The notes below the pieces were generated by a model, which saw only the letters and a program-made list of their open reading frames with translations, searched no databases and was not told the DNA's origin. Below are positions 1 through 9,193 of a stretch of 32,000 bases of DNA, piece by piece (positions within the stretch are counted from its first letter, which is position 1; each line of letters starts with the position of its first letter). Source of the DNA: Delftia acidovorans NBRC 14950 (GTDB lineage Bacteria > Pseudomonadota > Gammaproteobacteria > Burkholderiales > Burkholderiaceae_C); the NCBI RefSeq assembly GCF_001598795.1, contig NZ_BCZP01000001.1, positions 360,001 to 392,000 of the forward strand. Direction: 5' to 3'. The position numbers were made by a program, and so were the translations under genes.

Positions 1-2
1 TG

Positions 3-224
3 TGGGCCAGGCTCACCGGCCAGCCGGTGATGCCCTGGGCCATGCGCATGAGCCCGCGGGCGGGATGGCAGACCGTGTACCGCTCCGGCTCCGAGTGGAT
101 GGCACAGCGTCCGCAGCGCGCCTATGGCGCTGCCGAGGGCGGTGGCCGCCGCGCCGGTGCCGGCGTACTGCCGGGTGCGGGCGAGGTGACCGACGTTCAG
201 CCCCGTGAAGTGCGCGAGCCCTGA
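3..224 (+). CDS. 3' end of an unidentified CDS that runs off the window start
   Basis: Frame 3 is open from the window edge to TGA at 222-224. Third positions are mostly G/C (tgg gcc agg ctc acc ggc cag ccg ...). A strong + strand terminator follows about 80 nt downstream. I recognise no family. Confidence 0.3.
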   Translation, partial: WARLTGQPVMPWAMRMSPRAGWQTVYRSGSEWMAQRPQRAYGAAEGGGRRAGAGVLPGAGEVTDVQPREVREP

Positions 225-306
225 AGCGTCTTGCTGCAGCCTTTACGCGGCCTGCGCATCTTCGTGCCCAGGCCGCGCGTGGCGGCCCGTATAGTCTGAA
301 ACCCTC

Positions 307-335
307 GGGAGCCCGTGCAAGGCTCCCTTTTTTTT
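307..335 (+). terminator. Rho-independent terminator
   Basis: GGGAGCC (307-313), 7-nt loop, GGCTCCC (321-327), then T8 (328-335). Confidence 0.7.
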
Positions 336-414
336 CCTGCCGCTGCATGCCAACATGTGCCGCGACGCATCCTTGGAATGCGGCGCATGCAAGTGTCTTC
401 TTACCATTGAGCCT

Positions 415-1851
415 ATGACCCAGCTGGATCTCCACCGCGTCTTCGACCTTCAGTACCAGGCCAGCCGGGCGCAGGTGGACGTGCCCCTGCTGGTACGCCG
501 CGAACGCCTGCTGCGCATGCAAAAGCTGCTGGACGAGCACGGCCCCGTGCTGGCCGCCGCCGTGCAGGCCGACTTCGGCATGCGCTCGCCGCGGCTGACC
601 GAGATGGTGGAGCTGTTCGTGCTGCGCAACCTGCTCAAGCACACGCTGCGCCATCTGGCGCGCTGGTCGGGGCGCCAGCGGGTGCGAACGCCGCTGATGC
701 TCATGCCCGGCCGGGGATGGATAGAGCGCCAGCCGCTGGGCGTGGTGGGGGTGATTTCCCCGTGGAACTATCCGGTGCAGCTGGCGCTGGGGCCGGCCAT
801 CACGGCCCTGGCGGCGGGCAACCGCGTCATGCTCAAGCCCAGCGAACTCACGCCGCACACATCGGCCCAGCTGGCGGCGCTGGTGGGGCAGTTTTTCGCG
901 CCCGAGGAATTCGCCGTCATCGAAGGCGATGTGAGCATCGCCACGCAGTTCTCGGGCCTGCACTTCGACCATCTGCTGTTCACCGGCTCGACTGCCGTGG
1001 GCCGTCGCGTGGCGCAGGCGGCGGCGGCGCACCTGACGCCGACGACGCTGGAGCTCGGTGGCAAGTCGCCCTGCATCATCTCCACCGACTGCGACCTGAA
1101 GGAGGCCGCGCTCAAGATCGCGCATGGCAAGCTCGTCAATGCGGGCCAGACCTGCATCGCCCCCGACTACGTGCTGCTGCCGCGCGGGCAGGAGGCGGAG
1201 TTTGCCGAGGCCTTTCGCACCGCGGCGCGGCGGCTGTTTCCGCGCTTTGCCGGCAATCCGGACTATGCGGCCATCCTCACCAAGCGCCACCTCGCACGCC
1301 TGCGGCAGATGCTGCGCCAGGCCCAGGGCATGGGGGCGCATGTCGAGTGGATGGAGGATGGCGGAGCCGGCCAGGAGAGCGCCGACATGGCCTGGGGCGA
1401 TGCCGTGGAGCGCCAGATGGCGCCGGCCCTGGTCTTCAATGCCACCAGCCAGATGCAGCTCATGCAGGAGGAGATCTTCGGCCCCATCCTGCCCGTGATC
1501 AGCTACGACAGGCTGGATGACGTGGTCTCGGCCATCAATGCGGGGCCCAGGCCGCTGGCGCTGTACTGGTTCGGCCGCGATGAGAAAGTGCGTGATGCCG
1601 TGCTGTCACGCACCATCAGCGGCGGGGTGACGGTCAACGACACCCTGCTGCACTTCGCACACGAGAACCTGCCCTTCGGCGGCGTGGGCGACAGCGGCTG
1701 GGGTGCCTACCATTCGGAGCAGGGCTTTGCACGGCTGAGCCATCAGAAGGCGGTGTTCGTGCAGTCGCGCTGGTCGGGGGCTTCGATGCTGTATCCGCCC
1801 TACGGCGCAAGGTTCGACCGCATCATGGAGTTGATGCGCCGCTGGCTGTGA
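415..1851 (+). CDS. NAD(P)+-dependent aldehyde dehydrogenase (coniferyl-aldehyde-dehydrogenase-like subfamily)
   Basis: Contains the ALDH hallmarks ELGGKSP, the catalytic-Cys context GQTCIAPDY, and EEIFGPILPV. ATG at 415 (MTQLDLH...) gives 478 aa, typical for the family. The in-frame ATG at 355 lies only 19 nt after the terminator and has no SD. Confidence 0.9.
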   Translation: MTQLDLHRVFDLQYQASRAQVDVPLLVRRERLLRMQKLLDEHGPVLAAAVQADFGMRSPRLTEMVELFVLRNLLKHTLRHLARWSGRQRVRTPLMLMPGRGWIERQPLGVVGVISPWNYPVQLALGPAITALAAGNRVMLKPSELTPHTSAQLAALVGQFFAPEEFAVIEGDVSIATQFSGLHFDHLLFTGSTAVGRRVAQAAAAHLTPTTLELGGKSPCIISTDCDLKEAALKIAHGKLVNAGQTCIAPDYVLLPRGQEAEFAEAFRTAARRLFPRFAGNPDYAAILTKRHLARLRQMLRQAQGMGAHVEWMEDGGAGQESADMAWGDAVERQMAPALVFNATSQMQLMQEEIFGPILPVISYDRLDDVVSAINAGPRPLALYWFGRDEKVRDAVLSRTISGGVTVNDTLLHFAHENLPFGGVGDSGWGAYHSEQGFARLSHQKAVFVQSRWSGASMLYPPYGARFDRIMELMRRWL

Positions 1852-2108
1852 GCGAGGGGGTGATTTCTCGCCGTTGCCGGGCTTGCCTGCATCGTGAGAA
1901 ATTGTCAACTGATTCCTTGCCAAGCCTTGTGTCGCGTGCGCCAGCTGCTCTTTTTTGGAGAGCACATAGCACATCCCAATGCCGAGGGCAAGAAAACGAG
2001 CACAGCCGTACTTGCGTGCATGGCTAAGAGCCGCAACGCACGCAAAAAGCGCGATTCCTGTGAAAATCACGCCCTTCTATTTTCACCTGTTTTCGTTTCG
2101 GTTTTTCC

Positions 2109-2630
2109 ATGTCTAGTATCCAGGTTCGTCCAGCCACTCTCCGCGATGCAAAAGCGATTGCCCAGATCCATACTGCTTCCGCCATGGAGGCTTATCGCGG
2201 TCTGGTTCCCGATGACCAGCTCAAGAGCATGTCGTCGGTAGAAAAACGCCAGGCCTATTGGCGCGAAGCCATCGAATTTTGCGAACCCCAGGTTCAGGTT
2301 GCCATCGACGGCGACAAGATCGTCGGCTTCGTCGGTTTCGACCGCTCGCGCGATGAAAAGTCGCGCCAGACCACCGGTGAAATTTGGGCCATCTATGCCG
2401 CTCCCACGCACTGGAATCAGGGTGTGGGCGTGGCCCTGTGGGACGCCGCACGCGACGGCCTGCTCGAAGAAGGCTGCACCAATGTCACCTCGTGGGTGCC
2501 GCTGCGCAATGAACGCGCGCTGCGCTTCCATGAGCTCGCCGGCTTCAAGCGCGAAATGTCCACCGCCAAGACGGCCCAGGTCGGCGCTCTCAAGATCGAG
2601 GAAGTGCGGCTCAAGCGCGCACTGAACTGA
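2109..2630 (+). CDS. GNAT family N-acetyltransferase
   Basis: 173 aa. Acetyl-CoA binding motif A pattern (IVGFVGF ... NQGVGVALWDAA) and C-terminal FHELAGFK, as in GNAT folds. Confidence 0.85.
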   Translation: MSSIQVRPATLRDAKAIAQIHTASAMEAYRGLVPDDQLKSMSSVEKRQAYWREAIEFCEPQVQVAIDGDKIVGFVGFDRSRDEKSRQTTGEIWAIYAAPTHWNQGVGVALWDAARDGLLEEGCTNVTSWVPLRNERALRFHELAGFKREMSTAKTAQVGALKIEEVRLKRALN

Positions 2631-2675
2631 TCGATTCGCCAAACCATCCACCCATCACTCACGGAGCAGCAGGCC

Positions 2676-3887
2676 TTGTCCTCTTCCCAGAACTGGTCCC
2701 TGCTGCAGTGGCAGGAGCACGAGGCCACCCAGGTTGCCCTGTGGCGCGCGGACAGCACCATGACCGCACCGCGCCGCATCGTCATCGCTGACGACAGCCT
2801 GGCCGCCGACAGCGCCTACCGCCTGGCCTGCGAAGGCCAGGCCATGCTGTGGCGCGGCGATTTCCAGAATGCCCGGCAGTTGCTGTCGGCCCTGGGCCGC
2901 CGCCTTGACAAGCCCGCACGTGAGACTTCCGCCAAGGCGCGCCAGCGCCGCGCCGGCAAGGAAGACGCCAAGCCGGTCTTTCCCCACGCCTTCCACCTGC
3001 ACCGCCAGGCACTGGCGCAGCGTGCGCGCATCCTGTCCAGCGTGATGATCGAGCTCGATACCCGCTGGCACTGTGCCCTGCGCCGCGCACCGGACTGGAG
3101 CGAAGCCTGTCGCGAAGCCTGGGGCGAGATTCCCGCCGACCAGGGTCCGCACAGCGTGATCGTTCCCCTGCGTGAACTGCTGGGTGCCCTGGGCGCACAT
3201 GAGTGGCGCAAGAAGGGCGTGGCCCTGGCCGTGCCGGGCATGCCGGAGTTCAGCATTCATCCGCACTACGGCGTGTTCTCCCCGGTGCGCGGCGAGTACC
3301 TGGATCTGGTGGCGCAGGCGCCCCTGCCCGCCGTGGCCCAGCAGGCCGATGCCGCCGTCTGGGATATCGGCACGGGCACGGGTGTGCTTTCCGCTCTCTT
3401 GCTGCACCGTGGCGTGCGACAGGTGGTGGCCACCGACCTGAGCGACCGGGCACTGGCCTGTGCGCAGGACAACCTGCAGCGGCTGGGTCTGGCGCAGCGC
3501 GTGAGCCTGCGCAAGGCCGACCTGTTCCCTGAAGGCCGGGCCGCCTTGGTGGTCTGCAATCCACCGTGGCTGCCGGGCAAGGCCAGCTCCTTGCTGGAGC
3601 AGGCCGTCTATGACGAAGGCAGCCGCATGCTGCGCGGTTTTGTCGAGGGCCTTGCTGCACATCTGCTGCCGGGCGGCGAAGGCTGGCTGATCCTGTCGGA
3701 TCTGGCCGAGCACCTGCAGTTGCGCTCGCGCGAGGAACTGCTGGGCTGGATCGATGCCGCAGGCCTGCAGGTCCTGGGCCGCGAGGACATCCGCCCGCGC
3801 CATGGAAAGGCTGCGGACTCCACCGATCCGCTGCACGCGGCACGCGCCGCCGAGCTCACCTCGCTGTGGCGCCTGGCGCCGCGCTGA
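2676..3887 (+). CDS. Class I SAM-dependent methyltransferase with NPPW catalytic motif and an uncharacterised N-terminal half
   Basis: Motif I VWDIGTGTGVLS and motif IV VVCNPPWLP lie in the C-terminal half. The TTG at 2676 is preceded by ACGGAG 9 nt upstream, and GC3 is high from 2676 onward. The alternative ATG at 2760 cannot be excluded. Confidence 0.8.
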   Translation: MSSSQNWSLLQWQEHEATQVALWRADSTMTAPRRIVIADDSLAADSAYRLACEGQAMLWRGDFQNARQLLSALGRRLDKPARETSAKARQRRAGKEDAKPVFPHAFHLHRQALAQRARILSSVMIELDTRWHCALRRAPDWSEACREAWGEIPADQGPHSVIVPLRELLGALGAHEWRKKGVALAVPGMPEFSIHPHYGVFSPVRGEYLDLVAQAPLPAVAQQADAAVWDIGTGTGVLSALLLHRGVRQVVATDLSDRALACAQDNLQRLGLAQRVSLRKADLFPEGRAALVVCNPPWLPGKASSLLEQAVYDEGSRMLRGFVEGLAAHLLPGGEGWLILSDLAEHLQLRSREELLGWIDAAGLQVLGREDIRPRHGKAADSTDPLHAARAAELTSLWRLAPR

Positions 3888-3915
3888 TCGCGCGCGCGTC
3901 CACCCTTCGTTTCGT

Positions 3916-4458
3916 CTAGGCGCCCTGTGCCGTCGCTGCCTCCTGGGGCAGCAGATGCCGCAGGCGCTCGCGCAGGGCATCGGCGCGCTCGTCGCCCGCA
4001 TGTTCCTGCACGGTCTGCAGCAACTGCAGGGCGGCGGCCTGCAGTGCCTCAAGATCGCGCGCCTCGCGCAGCAGATGGCGCAGCACCTGGGCCTTGTCCT
4101 CATGGCGGTTGGCGAACATGCGCTCGCACATATCGAACAGGTACATGCGTGTGCCGGCAAGATTCAGCGTGGCAGCGGTGCCGGGCGGGCTGGATTCCTT
4201 CGCAGCGGCCGGTGCCATGGAGGGGGCCTGAGCATGAGCCGGGGGTGATGATTCGGCGGCTTGGCCAGCCAGGCGCTGCAGGTGGCCGCTGGCGATCAGT
4301 TGCTCGATCAGTTCACCGGCCTGTGCACCCAGGACCTGCTGCAACTGCTCCTCGGTGCGGCCATCGGCCATCAGCAGCACCGAGCGCTCGCGCAGCGGCA
4401 GGCTGCGGCGGCCGGGCTGCAGCTCTTCAAGGGCCTTGGCGGTTTTTTGCAGCAGCAT
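3916..4458 (-). CDS. Hypothetical protein (180 aa), no recognised domain
   Basis: This is the last 180 codons of the 600-aa minus ORF, starting at ATG 4458 (MLLQKTAKALEEL...). It is the only part of that ORF not antisense to dusC. Composition is helical and Gln/Leu/Ala-rich with a central Ala/Pro/Ser linker. It is convergent with the methyltransferase. Confidence 0.5.
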   Translation of the reverse strand: MLLQKTAKALEELQPGRRSLPLRERSVLLMADGRTEEQLQQVLGAQAGELIEQLIASGHLQRLAGQAAESSPPAHAQAPSMAPAAAKESSPPGTAATLNLAGTRMYLFDMCERMFANRHEDKAQVLRHLLREARDLEALQAAALQLLQTVQEHAGDERADALRERLRHLLPQEAATAQGA

Positions 4459-4683
4459 GGTGGGGGCAGGGAGTCCGACAAGCCCCGATTGCACGTTACA
4501 TGAATGACCGTGGCGTGAAGAAGCCATGACAACTGGTCCGACCGGTGTTCTGCGGCAAGCGCACAATCGCCTGCCATCGCATGGGCGGGCGCTGATTTCC
4601 AGGGGCTGGCGGCCGATGCCGGTCGCAGAAATATTGTTTGATCTGTAACAGGAAGACGGGGCGCAGGCCTCGCGACATAGGTG

Positions 4684-5673
4684 ATGAGACTGTTGCTGGC
4701 GCCCATGGAGGGCTTGCTTGATTTCGTGCTGCGCGATGTGCTCACGCGCGTGGGTGGCGCAGACCGCTGTGTCTCGGAGTTCATCCGCGTCACGGGGACC
4801 GTGCTGCCCGACAAGGTGTTCCTGCGCACCATGCCGGAGCTCAACAACGGCAGCCGGACGCTGGCAGGTGTCCCTGTGCGTGCGCAGCTGCTGGGCTCGG
4901 ACCCGGACAGCATGGCGGCCAATGCGGCCAATCTGGCGCGCCTGGGTCCGGAAGGCATCGATCTGAACTTCGGCTGCCCCGCCAAAGTGGTCAACCGCCA
5001 TGGCGGCGGTGCTGCGCTGCTGCAGGACCCGGAGCAGATCGCGCGCGTGGTGGGTGCCGTGCGTGCTGCCGTGCCGGCGGCCATGCCTGTGTCGGCCAAG
5101 ATGCGCCTGGGTTTCAACGACACGACACTGATGACCGAATGCGCCCAGGCCATGCAGGCCGGTGGCGCCTGCGAAATCGTCGTCCACGCCCGCACCAAGC
5201 TCGACGGCTACCGTCCGCCTGCCTACTGGGACATGATCCCGCGCATCCGCGAGTCCGTGACCGTGCCCGTGGTGGCCAATGGCGAGATCTGGACGGTGGA
5301 GGATGCGCTGCGCTGCCGCGAGCAATCGGGCTGCGGCGATCTGATGCTGGGCCGGGGAATCGTTGCCGACCCAGGCTTGGCGCTGGCCATTCGCGCTGCC
5401 GTGGAAGGCGGGCAGATGCCAGCAGAACATGTTGCAGCACAGGTGTTCTGGAGCGATCTGGTGCCGCAGGTCCAGCGTTTCTGGGACATGGTCTGCAAGG
5501 ATCTGGAGCCGCGCCAGCGCGCAGGCCGCCTCAAGCAATGGCTGAACCTGCTGCGCCGCCGCTTCCCCGAAGCCGAGCAGGCCTACCAGGAAGTGCGCAC
5601 GCAGACTGACCAGCGCGAGATCACGCTGTGGGTGCAAGCGCTGGCGCGGCGCCAGGAGTGGGCCGGGCTTTAG
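4684..5673 (+). CDS. dusC: tRNA-dihydrouridine synthase C-type
   Basis: Collinear with my recollection of E. coli DusC: LLAPMEG..D, CVSEFIRV, LNFGCPAKVVN, VVHARTK..GYRPP, VVANGEIW and RLKQWLNLLRR. ATG at 4684; a GTG at 4681 is also in frame. Confidence 0.85.
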   Translation: MRLLLAPMEGLLDFVLRDVLTRVGGADRCVSEFIRVTGTVLPDKVFLRTMPELNNGSRTLAGVPVRAQLLGSDPDSMAANAANLARLGPEGIDLNFGCPAKVVNRHGGGAALLQDPEQIARVVGAVRAAVPAAMPVSAKMRLGFNDTTLMTECAQAMQAGGACEIVVHARTKLDGYRPPAYWDMIPRIRESVTVPVVANGEIWTVEDALRCREQSGCGDLMLGRGIVADPGLALAIRAAVEGGQMPAEHVAAQVFWSDLVPQVQRFWDMVCKDLEPRQRAGRLKQWLNLLRRRFPEAEQAYQEVRTQTDQREITLWVQALARRQEWAGL

Positions 5674-5686
5674 CGCGATCGGCCGG

Positions 5687-7501
5687 TTACAGCAGATGGT
5701 CGGGCGCCAGCGGGCCAATGAGCTTGAGCATCAGGCGCAGGCCCCAGCTGGCATCGGGCTCGCTGTGCTCGTCACCGCGCTCACTGTCTTCCGAGGCCCG
5801 CCACACCAGCTCGCCATCCTTGTCGAGCTCGACGCGCCAGCTGCCATCCTGCAGGCCCTCGTCGATGCTTTGCGTGGCCAGGCGGCCGAACTCGCGGCTG
5901 GCGATGAGCAGTGCAATCTCGGTGTTCTGCAACTGGGAGCGCAGATCCAGGTTCATCGAGCCGACTGCCACCAGATGCCCGTCCACCACCAGCAGCTTGG
6001 AGTGCAGCATTGCACGCGATGCGCCTGTGGAACCCGAAGGACCGCCGCCACCCGTGCTGCCCGAGCCGAATGCAGAGCGGACGCTGGCCGCCGTGCTGCG
6101 CATTTCGTAGAGTTCAACGCCCATCTCCAGCAGCGCCTTGCGGTGGCGCGCATAGCCGGCATGGGCCAAAGGTGCATCGTTGGAGGCCAGCGAATTGGTC
6201 AGGATGCGCACGCGCACTCCGCGTTGCCGTGCGCCACGAAACGCCTCCATCATGTCCGGGCCCGGCACGAAATAGGGCGAGACCACCAGCAGATCGCGCC
6301 GGGTCTTGCGCACCAGGGCCAGCAGGCCATCGACCACCGAATCGGCCTCCAGCACCGGACGCGTCGCCTGGCGCAGGGCGCCAGCCGGCTGGCCCATGGG
6401 CAGCGTGCCGGCAGGCCTGGCCTGCGGGCTGTTCGACGCGGGGCTGGCCTGTGCAGACGCATCCGTGCCAGCGCTTGTGATGGGGCCTGGGCTGTCATCC
6501 CTGTCCAACGGAATTTTGGCGGGCTCATCCACCAGCACGGCGGCCGATGCCCAGGTCCAGCGAGCCTTTCGCAAATCCATGGGCTGCTGGTCCCAGATGA
6601 TCCGGCGCTGTTCAGCCGTCTGGTCATCTGCCTTTGTCTCCTTTGCGGGAACGGCACGTGTGGGGTCGTCCTCCTGCGCTTGGTCATCATCGCCCGCAAA
6701 GCGCTCGCGCAACTGCTTGAGTTCCTTGAGGCTGATCAGCGACTGGACGGGATAGGCGCGCTGGTTGTTCCAATAGCTGTCGAAGCTGCGTGACAGGTCG
6801 TTGACCACCGGCCCCGCAGCCAGCACGTCGAGGTCCACGAAATTGCTGGCGCTGTCCGCATCGAAATACGCATCGCCCAGATTGCGTCCCCCAATCACAC
6901 CCATGGCGTTGTCGGCGATGAACAGCTTGTTGTGCATGCGCTGCTGGGCCCGCTGGAAATCCGTCAGCAGCGTATAGGCCCGGCCCAGCGCCGAGCTGCG
7001 CGCGCCCGCCAGGGGATTGAACATGCGCATCTCGATACCCGGCACAAAGGCCAGCCGCATGACCTGCGCATTCGCCCCCGTGCTGTGGAAATCGTCCAGC
7101 AGCACGCGCACGCGCACGCCACGCCGTGCTGCCTCAACCACGCCGCGCAGCAGGCGCTGCGTGCTCTCGTCGGCATGGATGGCGTAGTACTGCAGGTCCA
7201 GCGTCTGCTGCGCTCCCTCGACCAGTGCCAGCCGGGCGCCATAGGCGGCCTGGGCGCCGGACAGGAGGGTGAAGGCGGAGGTTTGAGGCTTGACGCTGGC
7301 AGGCCGCAATTGCTGAACCAAAGACCCCAATGGCGTGCTTTGCGGGGCTTCCAACGCTGCAGTGACGGGGCGATCGACCTGGGAGGGCAAGCTGCTTGCG
7401 CAGCCGCAGACCACGGCGGACACCAGCAGGACAAGCGTGGTCCGCAGGCCTCGAAACAGGCTGGTGGGTGGAAGGGGCTGTAAGTTGCGAGCGCCGGACA
7501 T
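5687..7501 (-). CDS. Phospholipase D / cardiolipin-synthase-like family protein with two HKD motifs, probable lipoprotein
   Basis: HKD motif 1 is HNKLFIAD (6911-6934) and HKD motif 2 is HSKLLVVD (5981-6004). The N-terminus has a hydrophobic signal ending VVCGC (lipobox-like). Confidence 0.85.
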   Translation of the reverse strand: MSGARNLQPLPPTSLFRGLRTTLVLLVSAVVCGCASSLPSQVDRPVTAALEAPQSTPLGSLVQQLRPASVKPQTSAFTLLSGAQAAYGARLALVEGAQQTLDLQYYAIHADESTQRLLRGVVEAARRGVRVRVLLDDFHSTGANAQVMRLAFVPGIEMRMFNPLAGARSSALGRAYTLLTDFQRAQQRMHNKLFIADNAMGVIGGRNLGDAYFDADSASNFVDLDVLAAGPVVNDLSRSFDSYWNNQRAYPVQSLISLKELKQLRERFAGDDDQAQEDDPTRAVPAKETKADDQTAEQRRIIWDQQPMDLRKARWTWASAAVLVDEPAKIPLDRDDSPGPITSAGTDASAQASPASNSPQARPAGTLPMGQPAGALRQATRPVLEADSVVDGLLALVRKTRRDLLVVSPYFVPGPDMMEAFRGARQRGVRVRILTNSLASNDAPLAHAGYARHRKALLEMGVELYEMRSTAASVRSAFGSGSTGGGGPSGSTGASRAMLHSKLLVVDGHLVAVGSMNLDLRSQLQNTEIALLIASREFGRLATQSIDEGLQDGSWRVELDKDGELVWRASEDSERGDEHSEPDASWGLRLMLKLIGPLAPDHLL

Positions 7502-7584
7502 GATTCGGAGATTTGGCCCAAGGATCGGTCAATCGGGTGTCGGACGGCTGCGCCAGCCGGTGGTCCAGGAAGCCGCTGTTCGCG

Positions 7585-8694
7585 TCAGAAGCTGGCGCGG
7601 TCCACAACGCGGGCCACAACGCGCAGATCTGGCCCGATGCGTTGCACATCATGCAGTGCCAATGCAAGGGCCTCGGACAGCGCGTCCAGCGGCCCGAAAC
7701 TGGCGATGCCCATGCCACCCGTCCCCAGCAGCTTGGGGGCCAGGTACAGCAGCAGTTCATCGACCAGCCCCTCGCGTACCAGCGAGCCATTGAGCTTGAA
7801 GCCGGCTTCCACATGCAGCTCGTTCGTGCCGCGCGCCGCCAGGTCACGCAGCATGGCGCACAGGTCCACCTTGCCGTGCGCGTTGGGCACGGGAATGACG
7901 GTCGCGCCCAGGTCCTGCAGTGCACTGGTTTTCGATGCATCCCGGCTGCTGGTGTAGATCAGACAGCCGGCCGGGGCCTGGAGTACCCGGGCGGTGAGCG
8001 GCATGTCCAGCCGGCTGTCCACAACAGCGATGCGCGGCTGGCGCGGCGTAGCCACATCCCGCACGTTCAGGCGCGGGTCATCTTCCAGCACCGTGCCTAT
8101 GCCCGTCAGTATGGTGCATGCCCTCGCTCGCCAGGCATGGCCATCAGCGCGAGCCTCTGGCGACGTGATCCATTGGCTGGTGCCGTTGTGCAACGCGGTT
8201 GCTCCGTCAAGGGAACTGGCCGCCTTCATGCGCACCCACGGTATGCCGCGCAGCATGCGGCTGAAGAAGCCGATGTTCAGCTCCCGGGACTCGTCTGCAC
8301 CCGGCCCCACCACCACATCCACGCCTGCCGCGCGCAGGCGCGCGAAGCCTTGGCCGGCGACCTGGGGATTGGGGTCCGTCAGTGCGCCTACCACCTTGGC
8401 AACGCCAGCGGCGATCAGGGCATCGCAGCAGGGACCTGTACGGCCCTGGTGGGAGCAAGGCTCCAGCGTCACATAGGCGGTGGCTCCACGCACGTCCTCG
8501 CCTTGTGCTGCGGCATCGCGCAGCGCCATCACTTCGGCATGTGGGCCACCAGCCTGCTGAGTGAACCCTTGGCCGGCGACCCGGCCATCAGGTGCCACCA
8601 GTACGCAGCCCACGCGCGGATTGGGGGAGGAAAGAAAAAGCGCCTGGGCGGCGAGCCCAAGCGCTTGGTGCATGTGTGGCACGGTGTTTGTCAT
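7585..8694 (-). CDS. ribD: Bifunctional riboflavin biosynthesis protein RibD (pyrimidine deaminase / uracil reductase)
   Basis: Deaminase zinc motifs HAEVMAL and TLEPCSHQGRTGPC, followed by a reductase domain (ATALHNGTSQWITS ... ELHVEAG). 369 aa. Confidence 0.93.
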   Translation of the reverse strand: MTNTVPHMHQALGLAAQALFLSSPNPRVGCVLVAPDGRVAGQGFTQQAGGPHAEVMALRDAAAQGEDVRGATAYVTLEPCSHQGRTGPCCDALIAAGVAKVVGALTDPNPQVAGQGFARLRAAGVDVVVGPGADESRELNIGFFSRMLRGIPWVRMKAASSLDGATALHNGTSQWITSPEARADGHAWRARACTILTGIGTVLEDDPRLNVRDVATPRQPRIAVVDSRLDMPLTARVLQAPAGCLIYTSSRDASKTSALQDLGATVIPVPNAHGKVDLCAMLRDLAARGTNELHVEAGFKLNGSLVREGLVDELLLYLAPKLLGTGGMGIASFGPLDALSEALALALHDVQRIGPDLRVVARVVDRASF

Positions 8695-8759
8695 GGTGCC
8701 TGGGATGGTAACAAGCCTGGGCTCGGTCAGCGCCTGGCAGGTCGGTATCTACCCGGTGC

Positions 8760-9173
8760 TCACCTGCCCCAGCAGTCGGAGACGATGGTGCCTGTCGTGG
8801 CCCCGTTGGCGCCGCGCAATCCGCTTTGCGTCAAGGTGTAGTTGCCGCACTTGTCGTTGGCTTGGGCTCCCTTGGGCGTTGCCGTCACGGTGAACGTGCT
8901 TCCATCCGTGGAGTTCAGTGAAATATCGTAGCGATTGGAGGGAACTGTCTTCAAGGAGGCAGGGAAACTGGCGGTGAGCGGATAGGTTCCGTTAGAAGTT
9001 GCCGCCCGCTCAAGCCATTGCGCCGCTTGCAAAAGGCCGGCCCGGGCTTCCGCCCGATGCCCACGCCGAATATATTCGTTGTAGCTTGGCATGGCGATGG
9101 CTGAAAGTATGCCGACCACAGCGACGACGATCATCAACTCAATCAGCGTGAATCCAGCAGATCTTTTCATCAT
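8760..9173 (-). CDS. pilE: Type IV pilus minor pilin, PilE-like (cluster 1)
   Basis: Prepilin signature MMKRSAG|[16 protein letters not shown] with Glu at +5. C-terminal Cys pair (NDKCGNY...VSDCWGR). GGAG SD lies about 9 nt upstream of ATG 9173. Last gene of the minor-pilin operon. Confidence 0.85.
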   Translation of the reverse strand: MMKRSAGFTLIELMIVVAVVGILSAIAMPSYNEYIRRGHRAEARAGLLQAAQWLERAATSNGTYPLTASFPASLKTVPSNRYDISLNSTDGSTFTVTATPKGAQANDKCGNYTLTQSGLRGANGATTGTIVSDCWGR

Positions 9174-9193
9174 GATTTTATTCTCCAGATGCA

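Noticed and set aside
13-1341. 442-aa minus-strand ORF
   Set aside because: It is antisense to the well-supported aldehyde dehydrogenase. The Arg/Ala/Gly/Pro-rich translation has no recognisable motifs. This is a typical high-GC shadow ORF.
1606-2070. 154-aa minus ORF with a hydrophobic N-terminus in the aldH-GNAT spacer
   Set aside because: It must overlap the aldehyde dehydrogenase 3' end by about 245 nt out of frame to reach its stop. It has no SD and no recognisable family. The hydrophobicity probably reflects T-rich intergenic sequence.
2655-4160. 501-aa minus ORF
   Set aside because: It is antisense to the methyltransferase, which has clear SAM-binding motifs, and its translation is low-complexity Arg/Ala/Cys-rich.
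4459-5718. Upstream 420 codons of the 600-aa minus ORF
   Set aside because: It is antisense to dusC, whose identity is clear. Only the terminal 180 codons (3916-4458) were kept as a possible gene.
5696-6793. 365-aa plus ORF
   Set aside because: It is antisense to the PLD-family gene, which has two intact HKD motifs.
7513-8841. 442-aa plus ORF
   Set aside because: It is antisense to ribD and has no motifs.
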